A stretch of 64,000 nucleotides of DNA from Myxococcales bacterium (GCA_047601445.1 JASGJH010000001.1:5152001-5216000), one strand, 5' to 3'; positions 29,928 through 39,634 are shown, counted from the stretch's first letter. Numbers and translations: made by a program. The notes: generated by a model from the sequence alone, not told the origin.

Positions 29928-32084
29928 TCAGTTGTGCTTGACCTTGCTGCCCTTGACTACGAGGTCGCTGTCGCCCTTGAGCGTGATCTTATTGCCCTTG
30001 AGCGTGATGTCACCGTTCTTCTTGAGCGTGATCTGGGCACTGCCCACCTTGATGGTGAGCTCGTCTGCGATCTCGATGACGCCCTTCTTCTTGCCATTGA
30101 GGCCGAAGTCATCGCCGGATTCCAGGACAATTTTCTTGCCGGCCTTGAGCGCGATGTCTTCCTTCGCGCTCTCGGAGATCTTCTTGGCGCTGACCGATTT
30201 GCCGCCCGTGACATCCTCGCTGCTAGAAGCGCCCACAGCGACCTTCTTGAACCCGCCCACTTCCTCGCTCAGCGCCGCGCCCACACTCAGGTTCATGGCC
30301 GCCCCCACGCTCACGTCGTAGAGCGCGCCAATGCTGAGCGATTTCTGCGTGCCGACCTCCTCGGTGGAGTTGTTGCCGATGGTGAGTGAAGCGTCGACCC
30401 CGATGCTGACCGTCTGATTGGTCGTCACGTCAATCTTCTGATTCGCCCCCACGCTAAGGCTTTGGTCGGCGCCGACACTCAGCGTCTGGTTGGCCCCTAC
30501 GGACTCGGTGTCGTCCACATCGACGGTGGAGGTGCGGTTGTTGTGCACCGTCAGCGTCTGATCGTGGTCGATGGTCGTGACCATGTCGAACTGACCATGG
30601 ATACTGATCATCTCCTTGCCCTTGGTGTCGTTGAGCGAAATCTCGTTATTGCCGCCGCCTCCAGGCGTGCTGTCGGACTTCATGCCGCTAACCATGCCGC
30701 CGTCGGGCAGGCCGAAGGGCACGTTGTTCACGCCGTTGTAAACGCAACCCGTAATCAGCGGGCGATCCGGATCGCCCTCGAGGAAGGCCACCACGACCTC
30801 GTGCCCAATGCGAGGCAGGTTCATGGAGCCCCAGCCGGCGCCGGCCATGGTCTGCGCCACGCGGATCCAGCAGGAGCTCTTCTCGTCGGACTTGCCGAGG
30901 CGATCCCAGGGGAACTGGACCTTGATCCGCCCCATATCGTCCGTCCAAATCTCCTCGCCACTCTTGCCCACCACCTTGGCAGTCTGCGGCCCGTGCATCA
31001 CCGGGCGTGGTGTGACGCGTGCGGCGCGAAAGGGCTGACTGCTCTCCATGGCTCGCAGGCTGCAGCGCACCATGGCAGGGGCGCCTCCCTGGTTGGACTC
31101 GTAGCCCGACACCGTGAGCTGCAAGTCAGTGCGCGTGATCAGGTGTTCGACGTTCTGATCGTCGTGGGGGTGTTCACTCAGCGTGAACAGCGCGCCCGCC
31201 GAGAGGCCGCGGACGTTGCCCTCGCCTTGCGCCACCTTGACCTGACCGCGCACCTCTTCGAAGCGCACCTTGGCGTAGCGAGCGCCGTCCGAGGCCTCGA
31301 CGTAATCGCCCGGGTAGTCGTAGACCTCGAAGTCCTCGTGTTCGTAGCCACCGCCCGCGAACACCTTGGCGTGCAGGTCGGCGCGCGGACGCTTGAAGTC
31401 ATAGTCGTTGAGCACGAACTGCGTGGAGCGCACCGACTCGCCGAAGCTCCATTCGTCGATGTGGTCGCGCTCGCGCCGCATGTTCGCGTTGGGCGGATAG
31501 TACGGCACGGTCTCCCAGCCCGGCGTGGGCTGGTGCGCACCGATGTTGTCCGCGAGCACCAGCGTGTGCTTGTCCTTCTCGTGCCGGAAGAAGTAGTAGA
31601 TGCCCTCACGCTCCATCAGGCGGCTGATGAAGTTCAGGTCACTCTCGCGGTATTGCACCGTGTACTCGCACACCCGGTATGTCTCTGTGAACTGCTCGTC
31701 CACCGCCGGGATACCGCGCTCCTTGAGCAGATCGCGCAAGATGTCGGGGACGGTCTTCTCCTGGAAGATGCGGCAGTTGGTGGTCTGCGAGAGGAACCAG
31801 ATCCAGGGGTGCAGCGTGAGCTGATAGCGGAAGTAGCCACCGTGGTTGCCGATGGCGAGCATGTCCGTGACGTGCCCGTGAATGTAGCGAGGCTTGTCCT
31901 CGGCGGCCTGGAACGTGATGGTCATGGCCTGACCCAGCAGCTGCGACAGCTTGATATCGGACTTCAAGCTGAGGAGCGTGACCGCATAGGAGAACGGTGT
32001 GCTCAGCTCCTCCCGTCCATGCAGGTGCTCGAGCAGGAAGACGTCTGGTCCCAGCACGGATTCGACGGTCACATCGGTCGCCAC
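29928..32084 (-). CDS. vgrG: T6SS spike VgrG/TssI
   Basis: VQYRESDLNFISRLMEREGIYY, GPQTAKVVG, SCWIRVAQ, FLEGDPDRP, gp5-type C-terminal repeats. Confidence 0.97.
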   Translation of the reverse strand: MATDVTVESVLGPDVFLLEHLHGREELSTPFSYAVTLLSLKSDIKLSQLLGQAMTITFQAAEDKPRYIHGHVTDMLAIGNHGGYFRYQLTLHPWIWFLSQTTNCRIFQEKTVPDILRDLLKERGIPAVDEQFTETYRVCEYTVQYRESDLNFISRLMEREGIYYFFRHEKDKHTLVLADNIGAHQPTPGWETVPYYPPNANMRRERDHIDEWSFGESVRSTQFVLNDYDFKRPRADLHAKVFAGGGYEHEDFEVYDYPGDYVEASDGARYAKVRFEEVRGQVKVAQGEGNVRGLSAGALFTLSEHPHDDQNVEHLITRTDLQLTVSGYESNQGGAPAMVRCSLRAMESSQPFRAARVTPRPVMHGPQTAKVVGKSGEEIWTDDMGRIKVQFPWDRLGKSDEKSSCWIRVAQTMAGAGWGSMNLPRIGHEVVVAFLEGDPDRPLITGCVYNGVNNVPFGLPDGGMVSGMKSDSTPGGGGNNEISLNDTKGKEMISIHGQFDMVTTIDHDQTLTVHNNRTSTVDVDDTESVGANQTLSVGADQSLSVGANQKIDVTTNQTVSIGVDASLTIGNNSTEEVGTQKSLSIGALYDVSVGAAMNLSVGAALSEEVGGFKKVAVGASSSEDVTGGKSVSAKKISESAKEDIALKAGKKIVLESGDDFGLNGKKKGVIEIADELTIKVGSAQITLKKNGDITLKGNKITLKGDSDLVVKGSKVKHN

Positions 32085-32482
32085 GGGTCTTACCTCGGAG
32101 CCGGTCGGTCGGCGCAGCTAGAGTTCAAGAAAGGCCATCACACGGAGTCCGCTCATGACCTTCCCCGCTGCCTCGCCAGGCGCATCGTTTCTTATAGCCC
32201 GACCGAGTCCAGCGCGACGCAACTTTCGGCAGCAGAATCACCCCAAAAGGCGGGTTTCGCGACGCGAATGACCTCCCCGAGGATCGAGTTCGAGTCGCAC
32301 GTACCCATGGCGAGCGCACGGAAAGGAGCGCGCGTGAGGAGCTTGGTCGGGGGACACTCGCAGAGCGCAGAAATGGGGTGAAGCGGAGCATTTTTTGGGT
32401 GCTCGGGTCGCCGGGGTGAACGCATACTCGGGCGCGAGCGCTGGGCCGACCATCACGCCCGGCGAACCGGCCGTGCGACCCG

Positions 32483-33853
32483 ATGCCCTCTGATTTACCA
32501 TCCTCTCAGCTGCTCTGGGACGTCGTCGAAGAGCACTTCGACGAAGCCTGCTTCCGTATGGAGCAGTTCGAAGCGCGGCTCGATTCGCCCGTGCTGAAGC
32601 TGCGGGATCTCGGGCGCTATCCGGAGGAGCTCCTGCTCGCGCACGTCGATGCCCTGCTGGTCGCAGGCGCAGACGCGGAGCGTGAAATTCTTGTGCCTGC
32701 GTTGATGGGGGCCAGTGCCGAGGAGAGCGCGCCTGGCGTGATTGCCGCGTGGGTCATGCTGGAGGCCGGACATTTCGAGGCGTTGCTGTCGGCGCTCGAA
32801 CAAGCGCCCGCCGCGTGGCCAGCCGTGGCGCAAGCCGTGCGGCTCGCTGGGCATCGACACTTGGACGCTTGGCTCACGGGCCTGTTGCATCAGGACGCGA
32901 AGCGCGACGATGCCGCTCGCGCCGGCCTGCTCGAGTGCGCTGCGGCGCGCCGCGTAGCGCCGCCCATCGTGCTCGAGGCGCTGCAAAGCGAGGATCCGAG
33001 CTTGGTGCGCGCAGCCACCAGGGCGCTCTTGCACAGCGAGCACGACGTGTACAGGCCCATCGTGGTAGACCTGCTTCGGCATGCCGATCCAGGAGTCCGC
33101 GAGGCAGCGCTCATCGCGGGGCTGCGCCTCGGCCTACCTCACACCTGGGCGACCTGCGAAGAATGGGCGTACGACGCGGCTCAGCCTTGCCCACCGGCCA
33201 CGGCGCTGTGCGCTGCGCTCGGAGGTCGCAAGCAACACGACCGCTTGTATGATCTCCGCCTGGTGCCGGGTGCCCGCAAGTCGGTGCTCTTTGCGCTCGG
33301 CTTTTCTGGCAACGCAGAGATGATTGGCCCACTCGTGCAGGACTTGGAGAGCAAGGACCCCGCGGAGGCCAAGCTCGCTGTCCAGGCGCTCGCGCTCATC
33401 GTGGGCTTCCAGCCAAGTGACGACGCCTTCGTCCTACCGTCGGGCGCGCCGCGAGAGGCGGCCGCAGCCCCGCCCCCAGCCGAGAAGGACGCCGAAGACC
33501 AGGCGTCTTTGCCCGCACTCGAGCAGGACGACCTCGACGCCGACCTCGTCCCGGCCCCCGAAGACTCTCTGCCCGAGCCAAATCTGCCCGCCATTCGCGA
33601 GCACTGTCTGCAACGTCAGCGCGAACTCGAGTCGAGCGGATCCAAGAGAGTGCTCTGGGGCGCGCCCTTCTCCTCGGAGCGCGTCGCGCATGTGTTCCTG
33701 CACGGGCCGCTGCGCGTTCGACACATGCTCGCGACCTCCTTCGGCCTCCGCAGCGACGGGCTCTGGTACGACACGCGCCGTCTTTCATCGGCGCAGCGCG
33801 CTCAGCTGGCAGCAACCTCCGAAGCACGCCTCGTGCGCTTCCTGGGCTGGTGA
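32483..33853 (+). CDS. TIGR02270-like HEAT-repeat protein of PAAR-like effector loci
   Basis: LWDVVEEHFDEA, EELLLAHVDAL, ALGFSG, DDLDADLVP.PEDSLPEP. Confidence 0.85.
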   Translation: MPSDLPSSQLLWDVVEEHFDEACFRMEQFEARLDSPVLKLRDLGRYPEELLLAHVDALLVAGADAEREILVPALMGASAEESAPGVIAAWVMLEAGHFEALLSALEQAPAAWPAVAQAVRLAGHRHLDAWLTGLLHQDAKRDDAARAGLLECAAARRVAPPIVLEALQSEDPSLVRAATRALLHSEHDVYRPIVVDLLRHADPGVREAALIAGLRLGLPHTWATCEEWAYDAAQPCPPATALCAALGGRKQHDRLYDLRLVPGARKSVLFALGFSGNAEMIGPLVQDLESKDPAEAKLAVQALALIVGFQPSDDAFVLPSGAPREAAAAPPPAEKDAEDQASLPALEQDDLDADLVPAPEDSLPEPNLPAIREHCLQRQRELESSGSKRVLWGAPFSSERVAHVFLHGPLRVRHMLATSFGLRSDGLWYDTRRLSSAQRAQLAATSEARLVRFLGW

Positions 33854-33856
33854 TGC

Positions 33857-35281
33857 ATGCCGGCGCGAGACACAGTTTCCACGACGAGATCGGCCCAGTC
33901 GGGCCTCACCCCAAACCAGCTAGCGTCCTTCGAACCTCACCGGCAAGCTGAGCAAGTGAGTCCACACGATCACACTGCACGGATCGTCGACACGGACGCG
34001 GGTGCTCCGGGCGAGCAGGAGCGCAATCGCTACGACGAGCTGCCTTATCGCTCGCTTCCTGTCGAGTGGTCGGCGCCAGAAAGACTCGCCCTCTGTTCGG
34101 TCCTGCATGGCGGCCCCCGCGTGTCACTGAAGAGCTACAGGGTGCTCGAACTCGGTTGCGGCGATGGTGCCAACCTGATCGCGCTCGCCTACTACCGCCG
34201 GCACGCTCGCTTCGTGGGCGTCGACGGTTCGGCCGGAGCCATCGCGCGTGCCCGTGCGCGTTGCCTCGAACTCGGCCTGCAGAACGTTCACTTCGAGCAC
34301 GCAGATTTCGGAGAGCTCGGCCAACGGTTCGATCTCCCTTTCGATTTCATTCTTGCCCACGGAGTGTTCTCATGGGTATCCCACGAGACCCGCGACTCCC
34401 TATTGAGCTGGTGCAAGAGGCTCCTGTCCCGCGCGGGTTTGTTGTATCTCAACTACAACACCAAACCTGGTTGGAACGTGCGCGGCATGGTGCGTGAATT
34501 CCTGCTGTCGCAGACGGCCCATGCCAGCTCGCTCGCCGAGCGTACGCGTCTGGCTCAGGAGATTGCGGCCAGCATGGCCGGGTCCATGGCGACCCAAAGC
34601 CATCCATACATGCAACTCATGGCGAACGAATACCGCTTCGTCTGTGACGCGCATCCGTCGTACGTCGCGCACGAGTTCCTCGCGGAGCACAACCACGCAT
34701 ACTGGCGCAGCGAGTTCCTGGAGCTTTCGCGCGCTGCCGGCTTCCAACACGTGGCGGACGCCGACTTCAACTACGAGTCTGGTCGCATCGCTCCGACATT
34801 GCCCGCCCAGATCACCGCTGCAGGACTCGGCGGTCCCCGGCTCGACGACACCATCGACCTACTCTCGTACCGCCAGCTGCACTCGCCCGTCTTCACGCAT
34901 CACGGTGAGCCGCAGCGAAGCCCCGGCGCCCAGGAATTTTCGGAGCTCTTCCTCGCGTGCGAGCTGCGCTCCCTCGGGTCATCTGCCTCGGCACCGTGGC
35001 GGATGGCACATCCGACCGGGCGCGAGGTGGAGATCGCGCAGAAAGTCCTGCACGATGTGCTCGCTGCGACTGCGACCCGCTGGCCAGCCGGCGGCCGCAT
35101 CGGCGCTCTGTTCGGGGACGTGACGCCGTGGCTGGACGACCTGGTCCTGCTCCATCGATATGCGATGATCGAGCTGCGCATGCCGGGAGAGGCGTCTCCG
35201 CCATCCGCGGCGGAGCTGAACGCCCGCGAGTGGGCCTGGGGCGGCTACCGTACGTCACCTTTTCATCGATGTGAGTTCTAG
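33857..35281 (+). CDS. Class I SAM-dependent methyltransferase with methyltransferase-regulatory-like domain
   Basis: YDELPY, motif I RVLELGCGDGAN, FDFILAHGVFSWV, LNYNTKPGW, YVAHEFL. Confidence 0.9.
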   Translation: MPARDTVSTTRSAQSGLTPNQLASFEPHRQAEQVSPHDHTARIVDTDAGAPGEQERNRYDELPYRSLPVEWSAPERLALCSVLHGGPRVSLKSYRVLELGCGDGANLIALAYYRRHARFVGVDGSAGAIARARARCLELGLQNVHFEHADFGELGQRFDLPFDFILAHGVFSWVSHETRDSLLSWCKRLLSRAGLLYLNYNTKPGWNVRGMVREFLLSQTAHASSLAERTRLAQEIAASMAGSMATQSHPYMQLMANEYRFVCDAHPSYVAHEFLAEHNHAYWRSEFLELSRAAGFQHVADADFNYESGRIAPTLPAQITAAGLGGPRLDDTIDLLSYRQLHSPVFTHHGEPQRSPGAQEFSELFLACELRSLGSSASAPWRMAHPTGREVEIAQKVLHDVLAATATRWPAGGRIGALFGDVTPWLDDLVLLHRYAMIELRMPGEASPPSAAELNAREWAWGGYRTSPFHRCEF

Positions 35282-35283
35282 CG

Positions 35284-36297
35284 ATGTGGGAACTGGTTAA
35301 TCGCACCCCTTACGCCGTCGAGAGGTCGTGGACCATCGACAAGAACGGCGCGCACGTTTGGCTCGTCGCGGTGAAGGCAACCTTCAGTATCCAGGAGAAT
35401 GGGAAGCTCGAGCTCGCGGACGAGCAGGCGCCTGTGGTCCTGGCGCCGGAGTTTTGGGGGGACCCCGCCCAATCCAGCGTCCGCTACGACAACGAGGTAA
35501 CGCCGCCCAAACCCAGCACGGATGTGCTGGTGGAAGGGAGCGCCTATGCGCCCCGACGCCAGCGTGTCAGTGAGGTCCAGGTGTCTTTGCGCACCTCGGA
35601 GTTCGAGAAGTCGCTGCTCGTGTACGGCCCACGCGTCTACTTCATGAACAACTTGGGAGGACTCGGAGTGAGCGACGCCGAGTTCTTCGAGAGCTTTCCG
35701 ATCCGCTATGAAGACGCCTATGGCGGATCCGACCTGACGGATCCCGATCCGGGGAAGCAGCGCTTCGATGCCCGAAACCCTGTTGGAAAGGGTGTCACGG
35801 CTCAGCTCATGCGACTCCATCACCAGCCAGCCCATCGCATCGAGTACACGAGCGGCAGTGTCACCTCGCGCGGGCCGGCTGGCTTTGGTCCCTTGGCGAG
35901 CTTTTGGTCGCCCCGTCGCGAGCGCGGAGGCACCTACGACGATCGTTGGGATAAGAAGAAGAAGCCGCTCCTACCGGACGACTACGACGAAAAATGCCTC
36001 TTGAGCGCCCCCGATGACCAGCGGCCGGCGCGTCCGCTCGCAGGCGGGGAGCACGTTCAGCTCGTGAACATGACGCCGTGTGGTCGCCTGACCTTGCAGC
36101 TACCCAAGATCTACCTGACGTTTTCCTCGACCTTCGGTGAACGCAACGAAGAGCACCGCAGCCGCCTTGGCACGGTCATCATCGCACCGGATGACGGAAA
36201 GCTGATGCTGGTCTGGAATACCTCACTCGTCGTGCGAGCCCCCGACGTCGACTACCTCGACAAGACCGTGATTGCCGAGAAGCCCTATCTCACATGA
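35284..36297 (+). CDS. DUF2169 T6SS effector adaptor
   Basis: LVNRTPY, VAVKATF, KPSTDVLVEGSAYAP, YEDAYGG, NPVGKG, GFGPL..FWSPR...GTYD. Confidence 0.93.
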   Translation: MWELVNRTPYAVERSWTIDKNGAHVWLVAVKATFSIQENGKLELADEQAPVVLAPEFWGDPAQSSVRYDNEVTPPKPSTDVLVEGSAYAPRRQRVSEVQVSLRTSEFEKSLLVYGPRVYFMNNLGGLGVSDAEFFESFPIRYEDAYGGSDLTDPDPGKQRFDARNPVGKGVTAQLMRLHHQPAHRIEYTSGSVTSRGPAGFGPLASFWSPRRERGGTYDDRWDKKKKPLLPDDYDEKCLLSAPDDQRPARPLAGGEHVQLVNMTPCGRLTLQLPKIYLTFSSTFGERNEEHRSRLGTVIIAPDDGKLMLVWNTSLVVRAPDVDYLDKTVIAEKPYLT

Positions 36298-37343
36298 TGG
36301 ACGCGATTCACATCGTGGCGCTCGGTGCGCGCACGCCGGTGGGACTCGATGCCGCTGGAAGCGCGGCGGCGGTACGCGCCGGGATCAGTCGCATTGTGCT
36401 CCATCCATTCATGGCAGACCAGCTCAACGAGAATGTGAAGGGGGCCATCGACGGAGCCTTCGACGCTGGGATTCTCGGCTGGGAACGCATGGCGGCCCTG
36501 GCGGGCTTCGCGCTCGCCCAGGTGACTGCTCCGATCGCAGCTGCCAAGCCCGGGGCGGTGCTGCCCGTACTTCTGGCCATGCCGGAGGAACGCCCCGGAT
36601 TCTCGGCGCATGACGAGCGCTGCATCACCAACAAGCTGTTGGCTGCGCAGGCCGATCTCGGCCGGCCCGTGGACATCCGTGTGAGTGGGCGCGGTCACGC
36701 AGGCGGACTGGAGGCCATGGTCGACGCCGCGACGCGGATCCGCGCAGGCCAGCACGATGTCTGTATCGTCGGTGGAGTCGATAGCTACTTCGATTTCGAC
36801 ACCCTCGATTGGTTGCAGGAGCATCGCCAGTTGTCGACGGGCGAGAGCCGTGCAGGTTTTCCGCCAGGTGAGGCGGCCGGCTTCGTCGCACTCGCCTCCG
36901 CCCGGGCGTGTCGAACATTGAGACTGCCCAGCCTCGGAGTACTCCGCAGCTCGGGTACCGCCCAGGAGTCACGGCTGATTAAGGGCGACCTCGCAAGTCT
37001 CGGCCGCGGTCTTGCCGACGCCATCGCCAGTGCTCTGCAGGGACTGCGTCTCCCCGAACAGAGCCCGGATGTCATGTACTGCGACATCAACGGTGAGCGT
37101 TATCGCAGCGAAGAGTGGGGACTTGCCATTCTGCGCACTCCCCATGCAGTGCGTAAGCTCGACTTCGTTGCACCCGTGGATTGTTGGGGCGACGTGGGCG
37201 CGGCCACGGGACCGCTCCTGTGTATGCTGGCGCTGCGCTCATGGGCCCGTGGCTACGCCGAGGGACCACGCGCGCTGGTCTGGGCTGGTTCAGAAGCAGG
37301 CCTGCGCGCGGCGCTGGTGCTCGAAGCAACGGACGGGCGGTAG
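36294..37343 (+). CDS. Thiolase/ketoacyl-synthase-like accessory protein (PRK06147 type)
   Basis: TPVGLDA..SAAAVRAG, GGVDSY, PGEAAG, DINGERYRSEEWG, GDVGAA. Confidence 0.88.
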   Translation: MMDAIHIVALGARTPVGLDAAGSAAAVRAGISRIVLHPFMADQLNENVKGAIDGAFDAGILGWERMAALAGFALAQVTAPIAAAKPGAVLPVLLAMPEERPGFSAHDERCITNKLLAAQADLGRPVDIRVSGRGHAGGLEAMVDAATRIRAGQHDVCIVGGVDSYFDFDTLDWLQEHRQLSTGESRAGFPPGEAAGFVALASARACRTLRLPSLGVLRSSGTAQESRLIKGDLASLGRGLADAIASALQGLRLPEQSPDVMYCDINGERYRSEEWGLAILRTPHAVRKLDFVAPVDCWGDVGAATGPLLCMLALRSWARGYAEGPRALVWAGSEAGLRAALVLEATDGR

Positions 37344-37346
37344 GTC

Positions 37347-38744
37347 ATGGGAACGGTCGCCGTCAACGCACCCAAGTCGCCCGTCACCAAGGGAAGTCAG
37401 GGAGTCGCGGCCGCCGCCGTCCCCAACGTATGCAAGATGCCGGGGCCGCCAGCGCCCTTCGTGCCGACACCTCTACCGAACATCGGCAAGAGCATGCTGT
37501 CTCCGGACGGCTATTCCACGAGCGTGACGATCGAGGGCAACGCGGTCGCCATCAAGGGCTCGAGCTTCACCTCCATCGGTGACATCGCCAGCAAGGCCAC
37601 GGGAGGCGGATTGATTTCCGCCGCCACGCACGGCAAGACCACGTTCTCAGGGCCCGGCTCGATGGACGTGAAGATCGAGGGCAAGAACGTCCAATTGCTC
37701 GGCGATCCGACGTTGAATAACTCGGGCAGTCCGGCCAACTCGGCGAGTCCAGCCACGGTGCAGCAACCGGGCACTCCCGCAGTGACGAGTGACGACCCCT
37801 GCGAAGCGATCAAAACCAAGTTCGGCATCGAGACGGGCTCGCACAAGGCAAACACCAGCGGCAAATCCAAGAAGACTTCGCGCGCCTACCAGAGTCACCA
37901 CGTTCTCCAAGATGCCGCGATGAAGCTGCTGTGTCCGCGCGACGAAGCTTGCGCCATCATGCTGGAGAACAGCCACAAGGGCACCGAGCATGGGAGAATC
38001 ACCGCCAGGCAGAACCGGCGCAAACACAACAAGAAGAGTGGAAGCGGTGCGGTCCCCGGGGTGACGTTTGGCCAGGTCAAGAAGCAAGCGCGGGACGACC
38101 TGGTCAAGGGCCTCAAGGGAAGACGCCGGGAAGGGAACAAAGCAAGTGGCCGGGCGATGACCAAGAAGGAGGCAGAGCAGGCCGCCGACTGCATCGTGGC
38201 CGAGGCCGAGGCCGCGGCGAAGAAGGAGGCATCGCGAAAGAAGCCGCCGGTAGACCTGAACGACGACACGCCAGTGCAGCAGCCGGGTGGCTGCTTCGCC
38301 GGCGGAACCCTGGTGCGCATGGCATCCGGCAACTTGCGTGAGGTAACGCTCCTGCAGCCGGGCGACCGACTGCAAACTCCGAGCGGAGATGCCGCGCTCG
38401 TTCGCATCGATCCCTGCCGGCACAGCGTGGTGGAGCTTGGCGTGGGCGAGTCCACGCTGATGGTAGCGACCTACCATCGATTCTACGACGAAGAAGGCTA
38501 TCCGGTTCGCGCTGGTGACCTGCGCGTCGGTGACAGGGTCGCCACTGCGCATGGCTCGATTGAGATCACCCAGCGACGCCTACGGGACGCGCCTGCGCTC
38601 ATCTACCGCCTCGGATTCTCACGGGACATCCAGTGCCTGCTCGGCGCCGATGCCGTTCTGGCCGAAGGTCGCTTTGCTGGGCCGCCCGTAGCGCGGCACG
38701 AAACCGTGTCCCTGTTCACGCCCGGAGCTCTCACATGCCCGTGA
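37347..38744 (+). CDS. T6SS effector: DUF4150 PAAR-like domain, SHH-type HNH nuclease, C-terminal Hint domain
   Basis: PNVCKMPGPPAPFVPTPLPNIG and SMDVKIEGKNV (DUF4150); QSHHVLQDAA...AIML...EH.RIT..Q (Tox-SHH-like); GG-CFAGGTLV...ATYHRF...DLRVGD (Hint). Confidence 0.85.
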   Translation: MGTVAVNAPKSPVTKGSQGVAAAAVPNVCKMPGPPAPFVPTPLPNIGKSMLSPDGYSTSVTIEGNAVAIKGSSFTSIGDIASKATGGGLISAATHGKTTFSGPGSMDVKIEGKNVQLLGDPTLNNSGSPANSASPATVQQPGTPAVTSDDPCEAIKTKFGIETGSHKANTSGKSKKTSRAYQSHHVLQDAAMKLLCPRDEACAIMLENSHKGTEHGRITARQNRRKHNKKSGSGAVPGVTFGQVKKQARDDLVKGLKGRRREGNKASGRAMTKKEAEQAADCIVAEAEAAAKKEASRKKPPVDLNDDTPVQQPGGCFAGGTLVRMASGNLREVTLLQPGDRLQTPSGDAALVRIDPCRHSVVELGVGESTLMVATYHRFYDEEGYPVRAGDLRVGDRVATAHGSIEITQRRLRDAPALIYRLGFSRDIQCLLGADAVLAEGRFAGPPVARHETVSLFTPGALTCP

Positions 38745-39634
38745 TCGCGGCCAAGAAGCCCAAACCCACTCAGTTCCAGGTCCGCTTTGGTCCGTCCGTG
38801 GGCAAAGCCGATGACTTCTGGGTGCTCGCCTATTGCCCTGAGCAGGACGAGCTCGAGCGGGAAGAGAACCCTGACCACACGCAGTTCACGTACGTGCTGC
38901 GCTATCGGCTTCCGGAGCGCACGCTGGTGGGGCGCTACCCGGCGCGTCTCGACGGTCTCTGGCAACGCAGTGACGGAACGCTATGGGCCGTGGGCGACAC
39001 CCTTGGCTACGTGGAGATCAGCGCGGCTGGAATGACGGAGATCGCCCTGGACCCCGTGCCCGGGCAGTTCTCGTCGATCTGGGGTCTCGATGATGACCAC
39101 GTGTTCACGTGCGGAATCGAGGAGCCCTTCGCCTACTACTACCTGAACGGAAAGTGGAACCAACTGCCACTTCCCGAAGGGACCGAGAACGTGAGTGACG
39201 TGCGCGCGTTCGGGCCGGACGACGCCTACTTCGTGGGTGACGAGGGCCAAATTCATCATTTCGATGGTCGCACCGTGTCACGGGTCAAGGCGCCGGTGCG
39301 ACGACATCTCACCGCCATCGTTCGACTCGACGACAAGCGCCTGTGCATCGGTGGCTATCAGGGGACCTTGATGGTCGGTAGTCTTGGCGCCTGGCGTCAC
39401 CAGGTGACCAACACGACAGACCCCTTGCTGGCCCTGGCGGCCCTCGACGGTCACGCGTACTACGGCGCCGACGAAAAGGTGTGGGTGACCGATGGAGTCC
39501 AGCCACCGACGGTAGCGATTGACTTCGCGGCACGCTGGGTCAGCGGGCTCGTCGATGGTCTCGTTTTGAGCCATGAAGAGGAAGCCAAACTATACGCCGC
39601 GGGCATGCTAACCGACCTGGACCTATCCATCTGA
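38735..39634 (+). CDS. Beta-propeller protein, candidate cognate immunity protein
   Basis: Overlaps the toxin stop by 10 nt; repeated blades (SSIWGLDDDHVF, AYFVGDEGQIHHFDG); no signal peptide. Confidence 0.7.
   Translation: MPVIAAKKPKPTQFQVRFGPSVGKADDFWVLAYCPEQDELEREENPDHTQFTYVLRYRLPERTLVGRYPARLDGLWQRSDGTLWAVGDTLGYVEISAAGMTEIALDPVPGQFSSIWGLDDDHVFTCGIEEPFAYYYLNGKWNQLPLPEGTENVSDVRAFGPDDAYFVGDEGQIHHFDGRTVSRVKAPVRRHLTAIVRLDDKRLCIGGYQGTLMVGSLGAWRHQVTNTTDPLLALAALDGHAYYGADEKVWVTDGVQPPTVAIDFAARWVSGLVDGLVLSHEEEAKLYAAGMLTDLDLSI

Noticed and set aside
33857..35281. This methyltransferase as the source of GATC DNA modification
   Set aside because: It lacks the DPPY/NPPY and PC motifs of DNA methyltransferases and resembles small-molecule/protein class I enzymes.
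33857..37343. Polyketide/fatty-acid biosynthetic cluster (methyltransferase plus KS-like gene)
   Set aside because: There is no ACP or AT, the KS-like protein lacks the catalytic Cys, and the context is a DUF2169/DUF4150 T6SS operon.
38292..38744. Canonical self-splicing intein or mobile element
   Set aside because: There is no terminal His-Asn plus nucleophile, no homing endonuclease and no substantial C-extein.
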